A DNA stretch of 64,000 nt from a virus (IMGVR_UViG_3300025735_000005); one strand, 5' to 3'; positions 17,916 through 27,892 are shown, counted from the stretch's first letter. Translations and numbers: made by a program. The notes: generated by a model from the letters alone, not told the origin.

Positions 17916-20900
17916 TTACCCTACACCGTACCAACCATAGTTATTTTCAAAGTCATACGGTACTTCTTCAAGCACTTGCTCTTGTGTTAGGATATCGTCT
18001 TCTGTAAGTACCTTACCACCAATCACAGACCTTCCTGCGACAGGCACTAGCCCTTTATCAATAGCGTCATTCAACAGCTGATCATAAATATCTTGAGGCA
18101 GACCTCTGTTTTTCATCTCATCCAGCGTCATAATGATAGGATTTTTATCCATAACCTTAGCGTAGATTTGGCGAAGAGCAGATCTGCCAGGAAGCATATC
18201 GGCAATATTAGTAAAGAAAGCGTCATGTACAGTGGAGGTAGCTACATTGTTAGCTTTACCCCAAAGATGAAACCGCTTAACAATGACAGCATCATTTGAA
18301 TGGTTTGCATTAACACCAAAAGCAGTGCCGGCTTTGATGGGATTAGCGATGTCATTGATAGTGCCCGACTTATTAAGTACTTGATCCCACCAGCTCGCTG
18401 CTGTCTTTTGTGGAATCATAAGGATATTAGTTTGCCAATTACCATCTTTATCTTTGTAAACTAAACGTTCTTCAAATGTTTGCGTGAAGGACTGATTGAT
18501 TACCTTTCCATCAAAGTTGACAGAGGGTACATAAGTCCAGCTCTTCGGCAAATCATTCATGTTGGTGTACAGTAGCGTGATTTCAGAAGCCTTTTCAACA
18601 TCCTTGAAACCAGTCACACCAAACTTTGAGGCGATATCTGCGATTGGTACGCCACCAACGCTAAGATCTAGCTTAAACAACTTTCGTCCTAGGGCACGTT
18701 CGCCTGGCTTTTCAACACCAAGGATTAGGTCTGCTAACCCACTTTCAGGCTTCCAATCAGTAAAGACCCGCTGCAGCAGTTCTGCTGTAACAGTGGTGTT
18801 TGGTGGAAGCCCTAAGTAACGCGCAAGCTCTTTACCGATAGGACCACGTCCTGGGCCTTTACGTTCACGCCCTGTCAGTGCGTATGAGGCAATTTTCTTC
18901 CAATTCAAACTGCTGTCTGATGGCTTGGCATTTGCTAGAAAGGCTTGAGCCATGCGTCTGAAGAAGGGACTAAACTCCTTTAGGATAGGCACTTGCTCAT
19001 TCAGATGGTCTGACATGATTCGGGCTACAGCTTCGAAGTCTTTAGGCGTCACGATTTCATCATACGCTTGAGACATCTTCTCTACTAGCTCGCGTGTTTT
19101 AGGCTCCAGGAACCAGAGTTCTGCCATGATTTCGTCGCCAGGTTGCTGACCTTTATTGAAGACATCTACAATATCCTTACGTAATTCGGCAAGCATGTCA
19201 GCGCCTTCTGGATCGTATCGAAGCAGACGTGCCCTCCTGGCATCAATCTCATTCAATACGGTCTGACGTTCTCCGGATGTAACCACAAGAGTATTATCAC
19301 GTTTACCGAGTACCTTACCAAGCTTTCCTTCTACATTCATGATGCCAGTTCTTTCACCAGCGCCGTAAAAGGTCACCATATTTTGGGCTTTAGCTGCTTT
19401 TTGCAGATCTTTAAGCTTCAACCCCAATCGTTCATTTAGGGTCTTAAAGCGAGGATCATTATAAGTAGCTGCAGCAATTTCGTCGTATAGACGTCGCTTT
19501 TGGCTAGTCGGAACCACGTTAGACAGTGACGCCAGTGCTCTGTTTCTAGTTGTAAGTGCAATAATCTGGGCACCCGACGATGATGCGTCCTGCTCCATAG
19601 CAAGGCCAGTCATTAGGTTATCTAGCGTTCCGCCACTTGTTACATGGTTCTCTATTTTAGCTGCTTCAATTGCAAAACGAAAGAACTTACCTAGCTCTTC
19701 ACCTTCAACTTCGGCAACAATATCGCTTTCTAGGATTGCCCTAATATCTGCAGGCCTAGCAGACAACATCTGTTTACCAATGTTTACAAGATCTGGCCAC
19801 CACTTCTCAGCGATGCGTTGCCTACCTCTGAACGTCAGACTATCATAATTACCCTCAAAGAAATCAGCTAGACCACCTAGAAAGCTTCCTATCTGATCTG
19901 TGAAGGCATCATACCCTGCTTTTCCCATTGGTTTTAGTGCAGCTGTGTTGAGGAAAGGGCGAAAGCTTTCACCACTCTGCGCTGAGATATAGCCACGATC
20001 GTAGACACGACCACGGTGGTCTACAAACGGCAGATTAGTGAACGTTTTACCGCGCAGCCATTGCATTGCTTTAAAACGTTCATAAGCATCGCCGCGAGAG
20101 GTAATATACTTACGATAATGATTAAGATCGTCATACTTCTTTGAATTACCTCTATCATCCTTAAAGTATAGAAGCTTTTCAATGAAGTTATGGAAATCTG
20201 AATCAACTGTGTACGCGGCTTTACCAGCCCAATTGAGGGCATCAGCCAAATCTTTATCTACAAAGTCACGAGTAACTTCTGAAGAAGTAATTGACTGGCG
20301 AGTGTTGTACCAGAGGCCGTTTCTTTTAGTGTAGTATGTGGTATAGCCAGGGCGAATCACCAGACCATTGTCAAAGGTGGCCGGAATACGCATACCAACT
20401 TCAATTTTACGCTCCAAAAGGCCATACTCGATTAGCCGAGGATCCAGCAGCCGGATGTAGTAAGAGACAGTATCATAGTACGGACCGAAGTATCTACCAG
20501 AGACGCTAGAACGCATTCTACGCTTTTGAACACCGAATGTATCAATGTCAAACAAATGTCCGGCCTTGCGCTCCAACAGCTTAACACCCAGCTCGTACCA
20601 ATCGCGACGATTGCCATTAAGATTTGCTGTATTATAAAGGCTTCTGCCTAGGTAAACAGCCAGAGCATCTCTATCGCTGCCCTCTCGAACCAATCTATGA
20701 GCAAACTGCTGATAAAATGATTGAAGCTGCGCATCAGATAGACGACGCTTGATCTTCAGTGGAATGCCGGGATCGAAGAAGCCTCGCAGCTCGTTTGCAA
20801 TTGTAGGAGCAACACGGTCTTCCCACTTGTTACGTGCAACAATATTATCAACTAGCCCTTTTTGGAGTTCATCAAGCTGAGTTCGACCTAGAACAGGGTC

Positions 20901-22571
20901 AATATACTCATCTTCCAGAAGCTTCTTAAGAACATCTTTATCACGGCGCAGCTGTGTTTCGATAGCATCCGAGATATTCATTACATCGAATTTCATCTGG
21001 CTATTTAAAACAGCTTTAAGGTTGCCCCAGGGCTGCCCATTCTGCCGAAAGCGGCCAATGACAATACGAAGGTTATCAGCAATAACAGAGCGCTCATTCA
21101 TACCCATCTTCATTGACAGGTCATCCATGACTTGCTTAATAAAAGCTTTATCTTGGTCTTTTAGAAGATCACTGTCATCCACACGGCGCAAGGCACCTGC
21201 GTAGACATCGCCGTTAGGCTGATAAATACGAACGTCATCGTATCTCTGTGTTAGAGGATTGAAGCGAAGCTGTTCTTCCTTTGGCGGTGTTGAAAGAACT
21301 CTATTGCGAGTCAATCGCTTATTACCAAGGTTGATACCACGGTAGGAAGTAAACGAAAGATTACCGTTGAGGTCACCTGCTTGAAGGAGGTAGTAATCTA
21401 CCAGCGTCTTGCGGATATCCTGCAGCTCCTCAGGTCTAGCAGCACCGAGTTGCATCGCGTCCAGACGTTGTTTTGCATCAGCAAATTTACGAGTATCACC
21501 AGGTACTACGTAATCGGCATCAGTAAGCTGTCGAAGCTCCTTAATACCAATATTATTACCCTTAGCATTAGTGAATTGGTCAACGGTCAATTCACCACTA
21601 TTCAACATCTCAACTTTCTTATACTCGCCAAGATGCCTCAATTGAACAGCTACGGGTTGCCTTTTGAGCCAGTCATTGTAGCTTTCCCGTAACGGCGTCT
21701 GACCATCGTAGAACTTTTTCTGTGCTTCTGTGAGCCCTTGTAGGTTTCTCCTACGGACTTCTGCGACGCTTTCCAGATTCGCGACATCTGACCAACTTTT
21801 GAAGACAGGTATGGAAGTAGAGCGACAATTCCAATGAGCTGGAGGAAGATGCTCCACATCACCGACCGGGTAGATTGTTCCATCACGATGGGCACACAAG
21901 GGAGTAGTACGGCTGTCCAAAACAGCAACGTATTGCCAACCTTGGATTGCTTTTTCGTTAGCTTTATAGACTTCATGATCAGCCTGATTATGGACAGACG
22001 TGATTGACGTTGTTACCAGCGTCTGTGATTGTTGCTTTGTAATGCTGTGAAGGTTGCCTTTACGAACAGCCAGAGCAATGTCTTGCATGCTATCACCATT
22101 AGCGATGCCACGGCGAATGATTTGCTCAATACGCTTGCGTTCATTTACAGAGACGCCCAACCAGCCTTGCTCTAGAGTCTTATCTGCGTAAAGAGGACGT
22201 TCAAGTACAACTTCTTCAGCCACACGTCTAGTCGGCCTCTGTGTGCGCCAAATCTTGCCCATCACGTTTTCTACGTTTTGATAAGCAAACGATACTTGGT
22301 CATTGAATAGATCTAAAAGCGAGCGACGCATGGTAGAATGGACTTCAGTAAAGGTATCCTGTAGCTCCTGATCTACAGCCTCTCTAAGACGTGCTAAGCC
22401 TTTGTCACTTTTCTCTGCGTCTACTACAAGCTTATCCAGACGAACAGCGTGGCCGTCAAGTACCAGTTCTACTTTACCCTGGACACGTCGTTCGTATAAG
22501 CGGATCATAGCCGCTCTATCAATAACCTTGTCATAAAGTTCAGTATTAGCATTGACGGCCTTCATTATCAT
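17916..22571 (-). CDS. fusion protein: N-terminal Mu F / SPP1 gp7-like head morphogenesis domain + C-terminal T7-like single-subunit DNA-dependent RNA polymerase (1551 aa)
   Basis: N-terminal region carries the Phage_Mu_F signature (WQYVAVLDSRTTPLCAHRDGTIYPVGDVEHLPPAHWNCRST). C-terminal region carries ssRNAP motifs: motif A AMEQDASSSGAQIIA (cf T7 DGSCSGIQHF, Asp537), motif B region MVTFYGAGERTG (cf MTLAYGSKEFG), motif C STVHDAFFTNIAD (cf HDSFGT, His811/Asp812). Confidence 0.85.
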   Translation of the reverse strand: MIMKAVNANTELYDKVIDRAAMIRLYERRVQGKVELVLDGHAVRLDKLVVDAEKSDKGLARLREAVDQELQDTFTEVHSTMRRSLLDLFNDQVSFAYQNVENVMGKIWRTQRPTRRVAEEVVLERPLYADKTLEQGWLGVSVNERKRIEQIIRRGIANGDSMQDIALAVRKGNLHSITKQQSQTLVTTSITSVHNQADHEVYKANEKAIQGWQYVAVLDSRTTPLCAHRDGTIYPVGDVEHLPPAHWNCRSTSIPVFKSWSDVANLESVAEVRRRNLQGLTEAQKKFYDGQTPLRESYNDWLKRQPVAVQLRHLGEYKKVEMLNSGELTVDQFTNAKGNNIGIKELRQLTDADYVVPGDTRKFADAKQRLDAMQLGAARPEELQDIRKTLVDYYLLQAGDLNGNLSFTSYRGINLGNKRLTRNRVLSTPPKEEQLRFNPLTQRYDDVRIYQPNGDVYAGALRRVDDSDLLKDQDKAFIKQVMDDLSMKMGMNERSVIADNLRIVIGRFRQNGQPWGNLKAVLNSQMKFDVMNISDAIETQLRRDKDVLKKLLEDEYIDPVLGRTQLDELQKGLVDNIVARNKWEDRVAPTIANELRGFFDPGIPLKIKRRLSDAQLQSFYQQFAHRLVREGSDRDALAVYLGRSLYNTANLNGNRRDWYELGVKLLERKAGHLFDIDTFGVQKRRMRSSVSGRYFGPYYDTVSYYIRLLDPRLIEYGLLERKIEVGMRIPATFDNGLVIRPGYTTYYTKRNGLWYNTRQSITSSEVTRDFVDKDLADALNWAGKAAYTVDSDFHNFIEKLLYFKDDRGNSKKYDDLNHYRKYITSRGDAYERFKAMQWLRGKTFTNLPFVDHRGRVYDRGYISAQSGESFRPFLNTAALKPMGKAGYDAFTDQIGSFLGGLADFFEGNYDSLTFRGRQRIAEKWWPDLVNIGKQMLSARPADIRAILESDIVAEVEGEELGKFFRFAIEAAKIENHVTSGGTLDNLMTGLAMEQDASSSGAQIIALTTRNRALASLSNVVPTSQKRRLYDEIAAATYNDPRFKTLNERLGLKLKDLQKAAKAQNMVTFYGAGERTGIMNVEGKLGKVLGKRDNTLVVTSGERQTVLNEIDARRARLLRYDPEGADMLAELRKDIVDVFNKGQQPGDEIMAELWFLEPKTRELVEKMSQAYDEIVTPKDFEAVARIMSDHLNEQVPILKEFSPFFRRMAQAFLANAKPSDSSLNWKKIASYALTGRERKGPGRGPIGKELARYLGLPPNTTVTAELLQRVFTDWKPESGLADLILGVEKPGERALGRKLFKLDLSVGGVPIADIASKFGVTGFKDVEKASEITLLYTNMNDLPKSWTYVPSVNFDGKVINQSFTQTFEERLVYKDKDGNWQTNILMIPQKTAASWWDQVLNKSGTINDIANPIKAGTAFGVNANHSNDAVIVKRFHLWGKANNVATSTVHDAFFTNIADMLPGRSALRQIYAKVMDKNPIIMTLDEMKNRGLPQDIYDQLLNDAIDKGLVPVAGRSVIGGKVLTEDDILTQEQVLEEVPYDFENNYGWYGVG

Positions 22572-22852
22572 TCCTTATTAGCTAAGCAGTAAGCTTCCAA
22601 CGGCCAAACTTTTCGCAAAGCGTCTTCACGTGCAAACTTCTCGCCCAATTCCTTATTGTAATTAACCGGGTCTACACAAGCACTTTCACCTACAATTTTA
22701 AAACCATTACGCAGTTTCAAAATACAAATGGTAAGCGTTTCATCGTAAAAGAATTTAGTATCTACGATTAGCGCAGTAATATCATCTAGCGTGATACGCT
22801 TGGACGTCTTAGCAACAGCCGCTGCGAGTTGATCACTCTGTTCAATACTCAT
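22568..22852 (-). CDS. hypothetical protein
   Basis: 94-aa ORF, ATGA overlap with RNAP fusion gene start. Confidence 0.4.
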   Translation of the reverse strand: MSIEQSDQLAAAVAKTSKRITLDDITALIVDTKFFYDETLTICILKLRNGFKIVGESACVDPVNYNKELGEKFAREDALRKVWPLEAYCLANKE

Positions 22853-23281
22853 TTAGTACTCCGGCTCTGGAATATGAAAGCCAATCTTTTGTTTCTCTTC
22901 TTTTACATCCTTGACTGTTTTATAGCCAAGGCTTTTCATACAGAATTTCACAAAGCTATCCAAAAGATAAGCTTGAGCTTCGTGGCTAGGCTTTCGTTCA
23001 CCAGCATACTCAAAGGTATTTTGGACAGCATGCATGCATTCATGTGCGATGACAGAGGCAGGACAGACATCTTCGTCATCCTGCATGTTTTCGGGGAATA
23101 CCATGAGAACCCAGAAAGCCGTTTCGCTTTCCATAGAGATAGTGACAGCGTAGCCACCATCAGGATCAATATAGGGCATTCCTTTACGCTTACAAAAGCG
23201 TTTGAGCGCTGCCTCATTGTCTACCACTGCAATATTAACAGGGTAAGGACGGGCTTTCATCTCTGCCACACGCTTCATCAT
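22853..23281 (-). CDS. small zinc metallopeptidase-like protein (HExxH)
   Basis: 142 aa with SVIAHECMHAV (HExxH) motif; sits between portal and MuF-RNAP genes. Confidence 0.45.
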   Translation of the reverse strand: MMKRVAEMKARPYPVNIAVVDNEAALKRFCKRKGMPYIDPDGGYAVTISMESETAFWVLMVFPENMQDDEDVCPASVIAHECMHAVQNTFEYAGERKPSHEAQAYLLDSFVKFCMKSLGYKTVKDVKEEKQKIGFHIPEPEY

Positions 23282-23285
23282 TATT

Positions 23286-24923
23286 TTATGCCTTTAATTT
23301 TGCCTTCATCTGCTGGGCAAAGTTGGATTGCTGGGCTGCATGCTGCTCACGAGCAGATACAACAGTCTCGTCTGCATTGATCTCCTTCTGAGCTTCGTCA
23401 TCATCAAAGTCAGGAGGAAGCATATCATTTTGCTTGAGGATAAGAAGCCAAGCACTACGAGGGATAAGCGCATTCTGATACCATTCAGTGGCCAGCCGAA
23501 GCCAGTCAGCACCTTGTGGAATTGGATTGAAATCAGAAGAAAGTTCAAATTCCATATCAGCGGGATCAATTTCAAGCGCATACCGCCAGTTAATCATAAA
23601 GCAGATAATCTGCCGTAGAGTATTTGAAACCTTAGTATTCAAAGAACCTAGTTGTGCAGTTTGAGCTGCATTACGTAACTCCAGCGCGACACCCGACTGA
23701 TTTCCAGTCTCAGGCGCCAGCATCCGAACACCCAGCTTAGCGATTTCTTCGTAGCCTGCTGCAATTGCATTCTCCATATGTTCCAAGGCATCTGCAGGCG
23801 CCTTTAGAATATCTGCCTTATCTTCAGAGTTAGGCAAATGGATCCAGCTACCTAAACCTCCTTCTACAACTTCCTCAAACTTATCATCAGACATGCTGGA
23901 AGAGAGAACCGGAGTATAAGTAGCTGCGCCGTACATCAAGTGGTTACGACGACTGATCTTATTGTAGAGGGCAATTTCCTTATCTACAATCGCAGTCAAC
24001 ATTGGCTCCTGGCCTTCAATAGAACCATTGAGAGGCCACGCGGGGATCATCGTCAGCGGCTTATCGTGAACTAACACAGGAATTGTGTCGATTAGTTTAT
24101 AAATAGGATTGTTGGTATTATTGATCTGCTTGTCACCGCCAACGTATGTGACACTGTCAGTAGCTTCGTCTACTTCAAAGACACGAATTTGGTAAGTACC
24201 AGCAGAGCTAAGCTCATGCACCCAGATAGTAGGAACCATCTTAGGGTGGAATTCGTACTGGTCCTCGTCGTAACGTTCAGTCCAACCCTTCACAACCACG
24301 CGGTCTAGGATGGTCTTACCTGCAGAGTCTGTACGAGTGCGAGTATTGATGATGCTCTCTGCCTGATAAAGCACAGGGTAGGGCTTTGCAGTGGCGTCTA
24401 CTTCTTCATCTTCAGGTACAACAGGGTAGTCAACAAACACCCATGCCGCGCTGGTCTGCACTTCCTCCCAGAGAGCTTCGTCCATAAAGGCAGTTAGAGC
24501 AGAATCGTCCTTACCAAACTCATGTAGAATCCAGTGGTATGCCTCTTTAGGAACACTATCTGGAAACTTGATAGTAGGTTGCTTACGCAGCAGACCGCCT
24601 ACGAGCGTCTTAGAGAACTGTGCAGTGATCCCAGGCAACTCTGCCTCTGCCTTATAAAAGGCATATTGACGAGCAGTCATAGACGGAGAGAAAGGAATGA
24701 GCAAATTCGTGAAGTTAACGACATCCAATGTATCATCGAAATCTTTTACGAATTGCTCACCTTTACAGACAGCCCTACTCTTTGCGCGAAGATACGAGAA
24801 GCTCTCATAAGCAGCAGAAGGATCAGCCACCGTCTTGACAGGCGTGGTTGCTGTATTAGCAACAGTAGTGGCACGAGACTTTATGGGCGCTGCCGCCAGC
24901 CTTTCGAAAGTGGCTTCATCCAT
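23286..24923 (-). CDS. portal protein
   Basis: 545-aa ORF positioned portal -> MuF-domain protein -> scaffold -> capsid exactly as in SPP1-type head modules; size typical of portals; acidic C-terminus. Confidence 0.55.
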   Translation of the reverse strand: MDEATFERLAAAPIKSRATTVANTATTPVKTVADPSAAYESFSYLRAKSRAVCKGEQFVKDFDDTLDVVNFTNLLIPFSPSMTARQYAFYKAEAELPGITAQFSKTLVGGLLRKQPTIKFPDSVPKEAYHWILHEFGKDDSALTAFMDEALWEEVQTSAAWVFVDYPVVPEDEEVDATAKPYPVLYQAESIINTRTRTDSAGKTILDRVVVKGWTERYDEDQYEFHPKMVPTIWVHELSSAGTYQIRVFEVDEATDSVTYVGGDKQINNTNNPIYKLIDTIPVLVHDKPLTMIPAWPLNGSIEGQEPMLTAIVDKEIALYNKISRRNHLMYGAATYTPVLSSSMSDDKFEEVVEGGLGSWIHLPNSEDKADILKAPADALEHMENAIAAGYEEIAKLGVRMLAPETGNQSGVALELRNAAQTAQLGSLNTKVSNTLRQIICFMINWRYALEIDPADMEFELSSDFNPIPQGADWLRLATEWYQNALIPRSAWLLILKQNDMLPPDFDDDEAQKEINADETVVSAREQHAAQQSNFAQQMKAKLKA

Positions 24924-24924
24924 T

Positions 24925-25119
24925 TTAAGCCCTCAGAGCAGCGTTAAATTCAGCGATAGTGCCCTCAAAACGTTCCTTAGAACCGAAAGCTTCTGCCACG
25001 ATAAGATCGTCTTCTACAGAAGTGATGCTCCAGTTAGAAGGGCAGCGCTCGACAAGCTTAACTTCAGGGGTGCTAAGCTCAATATCAAGAGGATTAGTAC
25101 CAATATTCAAATCAGCCAT
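24925..25119 (-). CDS. hypothetical small protein
   Basis: 64-aa ORF, coupled to neighbours. Confidence 0.3.
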   Translation of the reverse strand: MADLNIGTNPLDIELSTPEVKLVERCPSNWSITSVEDDLIVAEAFGSKERFEGTIAEFNAALRA

Positions 25120-25128
25120 TTAAATTCC

Positions 25129-25383
25129 TTATGAATCAGGTTGCATACAAGCCAGATGCCCTGGCCCACGAACCCAAATATTGTTTGCAGTTCCTACTGC
25201 TACATTTCCAGCATCAATAGAAACACCGTCTAGGGGTGTAGGCTTACTACCGCCAAAGTAGATGAAAATCGATTTATCAGAACGATTTTGCATAAGTACT
25301 TTAGTACCAGACAAAGCTGGCACCACCGTAGTGATGTCCAGCCAGTCAGAGGTGAGCCTAATGGTAGGGAAGCTGGTAGCCAT
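25129..25383 (-). CDS. hypothetical small protein
   Basis: 84-aa ORF. Confidence 0.3.
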   Translation of the reverse strand: MATSFPTIRLTSDWLDITTVVPALSGTKVLMQNRSDKSIFIYFGGSKPTPLDGVSIDAGNVAVGTANNIWVRGPGHLACMQPDS

Positions 25384-26195
25384 TAGCTAAAGCGCGAAGG
25401 ATTCTGTGTAATATCAGCTATAATAAGATCAGTGATAGTCTTAGAGCCGGCGACGGTCAGATCCCACAGCCACAGACGGCCAACAGCACCCTTAGCATCA
25501 GTGTTGTTGCCATAGGCACCAATGTACGGTGCACTGCCTGAAGGAACAACCAGGGAACCAGACCAGGTCTGCGCTGTCGAGGTATACACAAGAATACCAT
25601 CAATATACACTTTAATCTGGAAAGTGTTTGAGGTATTCGCATACATTTCAAAAGCGTAATGATGCACAAGCCCATCCGTAGGAATTACGGACTTAATATC
25701 CACCACGGCGCCGTTCATTGACAGGTAGATATTATTTGCCAGGCCGGTAGCCTTATCATAGAGCGCGCGGAGACCATACTGTGCATTAGAACCATTCGTC
25801 TGCGACCACCCAAACAGGGATGCATAGGTTGTGCCAGTGCCATTAATGGTAAACCCACTCAGCGGCACTTTCATAAAGCCACCAATAGCAAAGTGAGAGC
25901 AGGTAGATGGCAACTTCCATTCAGTACCTAGGGCAACCTGCGTAGCTGCGCCACTGATAATAAGCATCCCGCCAGACCAGGCAGGGGTTCCGGCAACAAT
26001 AGCTACGTTACCACTGCGCCTGTAATTACGCATATTAGTATTAGCAGCCACAGGAGTCGCCATCGCGGCATAGCCCCACTTGTGGTTAAAATCAAGAAGA
26101 CTAATACAGCCTGGATCGATAAGCTGATCACGGTAGAGAATACCAACATCAGTTCGACCCGTAGAAATTCCAACTTGTTCAATAATAGCAGGCAT
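25383..26195 (-). CDS. beta-rich protein, possible ConA/LamG-like lectin domain (fiber accessory / decoration?)
   Basis: 270 aa, Gly/Thr/Ser-rich beta-strand pattern; immediately downstream of the tail-fiber-like gene, ATGA-coupled. Confidence 0.3.
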   Translation of the reverse strand: MPAIIEQVGISTGRTDVGILYRDQLIDPGCISLLDFNHKWGYAAMATPVAANTNMRNYRRSGNVAIVAGTPAWSGGMLIISGAATQVALGTEWKLPSTCSHFAIGGFMKVPLSGFTINGTGTTYASLFGWSQTNGSNAQYGLRALYDKATGLANNIYLSMNGAVVDIKSVIPTDGLVHHYAFEMYANTSNTFQIKVYIDGILVYTSTAQTWSGSLVVPSGSAPYIGAYGNNTDAKGAVGRLWLWDLTVAGSKTITDLIIADITQNPSRFS

Positions 26196-27892
26196 TATTT
26201 ATCCCATCCTCTGCTCTGAACTGCAGCATACAGAGCATTAGCTTCAATTGTATTACCTGCACTGTTAGGGTGCAAGAAGTCAATTACAGTGTTATCTGAA
26301 TCTTTCACACGAAGTGAGCGTGGCGTAATACCATTTGCGATGTCAGCAAGGTCTCCAGCGGAGCCATCCCCACCATTCTGCAATGGCCCATTAAAATCTA
26401 CCCAATTATTAGGCCAACGTGCTTTGATAGCATTATTCGTGAAGTCAATAACTGCACGATTAGCAGTGCCAATTTCATCACCTTCGCCATAGAGACAAAG
26501 CGGAATCAGGAATCGTTTAGTAAGCGGTGTTTGCTGAGCAATTTGAAGTGCAATATTCTCAATAACGTCGTCTGTCTTATGCACATTATTACGAACAGGC
26601 CAGATGATTGCTAGAGCATCCTGGCGATACATAACAATACTACCAGTACCTGCGCCTAGCGGATAGAAACGGGTGCCTGCAGGTACTGTAACGTCGGTAC
26701 CACCTGCGTCTTGCGTCAGGTAGTAGACAGAATCATCGCCCGCCTTTGTAAGAGTAGCATAAGGTCCTGAAGTGCCAACACGCCCATAGATCTTCAGATT
26801 AGGAAGGCCAGGTGTAATTGGATTTTCAGTAATTACTGTAACAGTTGCAGCACCGCTTGCAGGCAGCAAATTAGAAGCCAAGGTAATATAGAACGGGCGT
26901 GCACCCACACGGGACGCAATCTGACGACCATCTTGTCCATTTACACCAAATCCATTTGCAGGCCAACCCAGGAGAACCCCAAGCTTATACCAGTAGCTAT
27001 TAGCGGCAATACCGCTAACATACGTCAAACTGTCACCACGAGCATCAATTGCACGGCTGGGGATGACAGGCACTTCTAGCGTTAGACCTGTAACGTTCCT
27101 TGCAAAGAGATTTGCAGGTGGGCCATTGCTGCGCGTTGACTTGTAAATCGCATAACCATCAGTACGAATACCAACAGCCGTATGGTTAGAACCTGCCGGA
27201 GACAGCTTAACCATTTTACCAGATGCGCGCTCGATGGAATACACCATAGTATTAGTGCCATCTGAGATTTCAGCAAGCTCGTATAGCTTATCAGCGTCGA
27301 CAGCTGCCGTTACTGTAGCAACAGGCTGTGGAGATATAATACGAAAATCAAGGTCAACTACAGCCTCACTTAAACCGCTGCGTTCATATTCATACACATC
27401 GAGTAGTGCAATAGAAACGCCATTCGCAGAAAGACCAGTAGCAATCACGGGTGCCGCAGCAGGAACTGCTTTGGTAGCGCCTGCAAGAATCCTATAATCA
27501 GCGTCGATGACAGCATATACATAGCCGCTGCGTTCATATTCCTCAGGCAGCATGGAAAGGCCTAGGGCGGCAACAACGTCAGCGCCGGAAACGATAGGTG
27601 TAGGTGTAGCCTTAGTTGCCCCAGCGAGAATCCTATAGTCAGCGTCAATAATAGCGTACGCATACCCACTACGCTCATACTCGCCCTGTGTGTCCACACC
27701 TAGCGTTGCAATTGCAGCACGCTCGTCGGCGGTCATGATTTTTGCAGTGGAAGTCTCTGTAAGAGTAGAGATAGGTGCGTTTGGCTGGACAGAGCCTTCA
27801 ACAGCGTTCTTAAGGTTAGTAAGGTTATTATCCATTTCCGAGTTAGTAAGAGGAGCTCCCTTACCAGCACGGGTTACAAGTGTAACAGCCAT
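26195..27892 (-). CDS. tail fiber / tailspike-like protein with three internal repeats and C-terminal SGNH(GDSL)-type esterase domain
   Basis: N-terminus MAVTLVTRAGKGAPLTNSEMDNNLTNL (fiber-like); three tandem ~45-aa repeats (EYERSGYAYAIIDADYRILAGATKA / EYERSGYVYAVIDADYRILAGATKA / EYERSGLSEAVVDLDFRIISPQ); C-terminal DFLHPNSAGNTIEANALYAAV resembles SGNH block V (DGxHP). Confidence 0.5.
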   Translation of the reverse strand: MAVTLVTRAGKGAPLTNSEMDNNLTNLKNAVEGSVQPNAPISTLTETSTAKIMTADERAAIATLGVDTQGEYERSGYAYAIIDADYRILAGATKATPTPIVSGADVVAALGLSMLPEEYERSGYVYAVIDADYRILAGATKAVPAAAPVIATGLSANGVSIALLDVYEYERSGLSEAVVDLDFRIISPQPVATVTAAVDADKLYELAEISDGTNTMVYSIERASGKMVKLSPAGSNHTAVGIRTDGYAIYKSTRSNGPPANLFARNVTGLTLEVPVIPSRAIDARGDSLTYVSGIAANSYWYKLGVLLGWPANGFGVNGQDGRQIASRVGARPFYITLASNLLPASGAATVTVITENPITPGLPNLKIYGRVGTSGPYATLTKAGDDSVYYLTQDAGGTDVTVPAGTRFYPLGAGTGSIVMYRQDALAIIWPVRNNVHKTDDVIENIALQIAQQTPLTKRFLIPLCLYGEGDEIGTANRAVIDFTNNAIKARWPNNWVDFNGPLQNGGDGSAGDLADIANGITPRSLRVKDSDNTVIDFLHPNSAGNTIEANALYAAVQSRGWDK

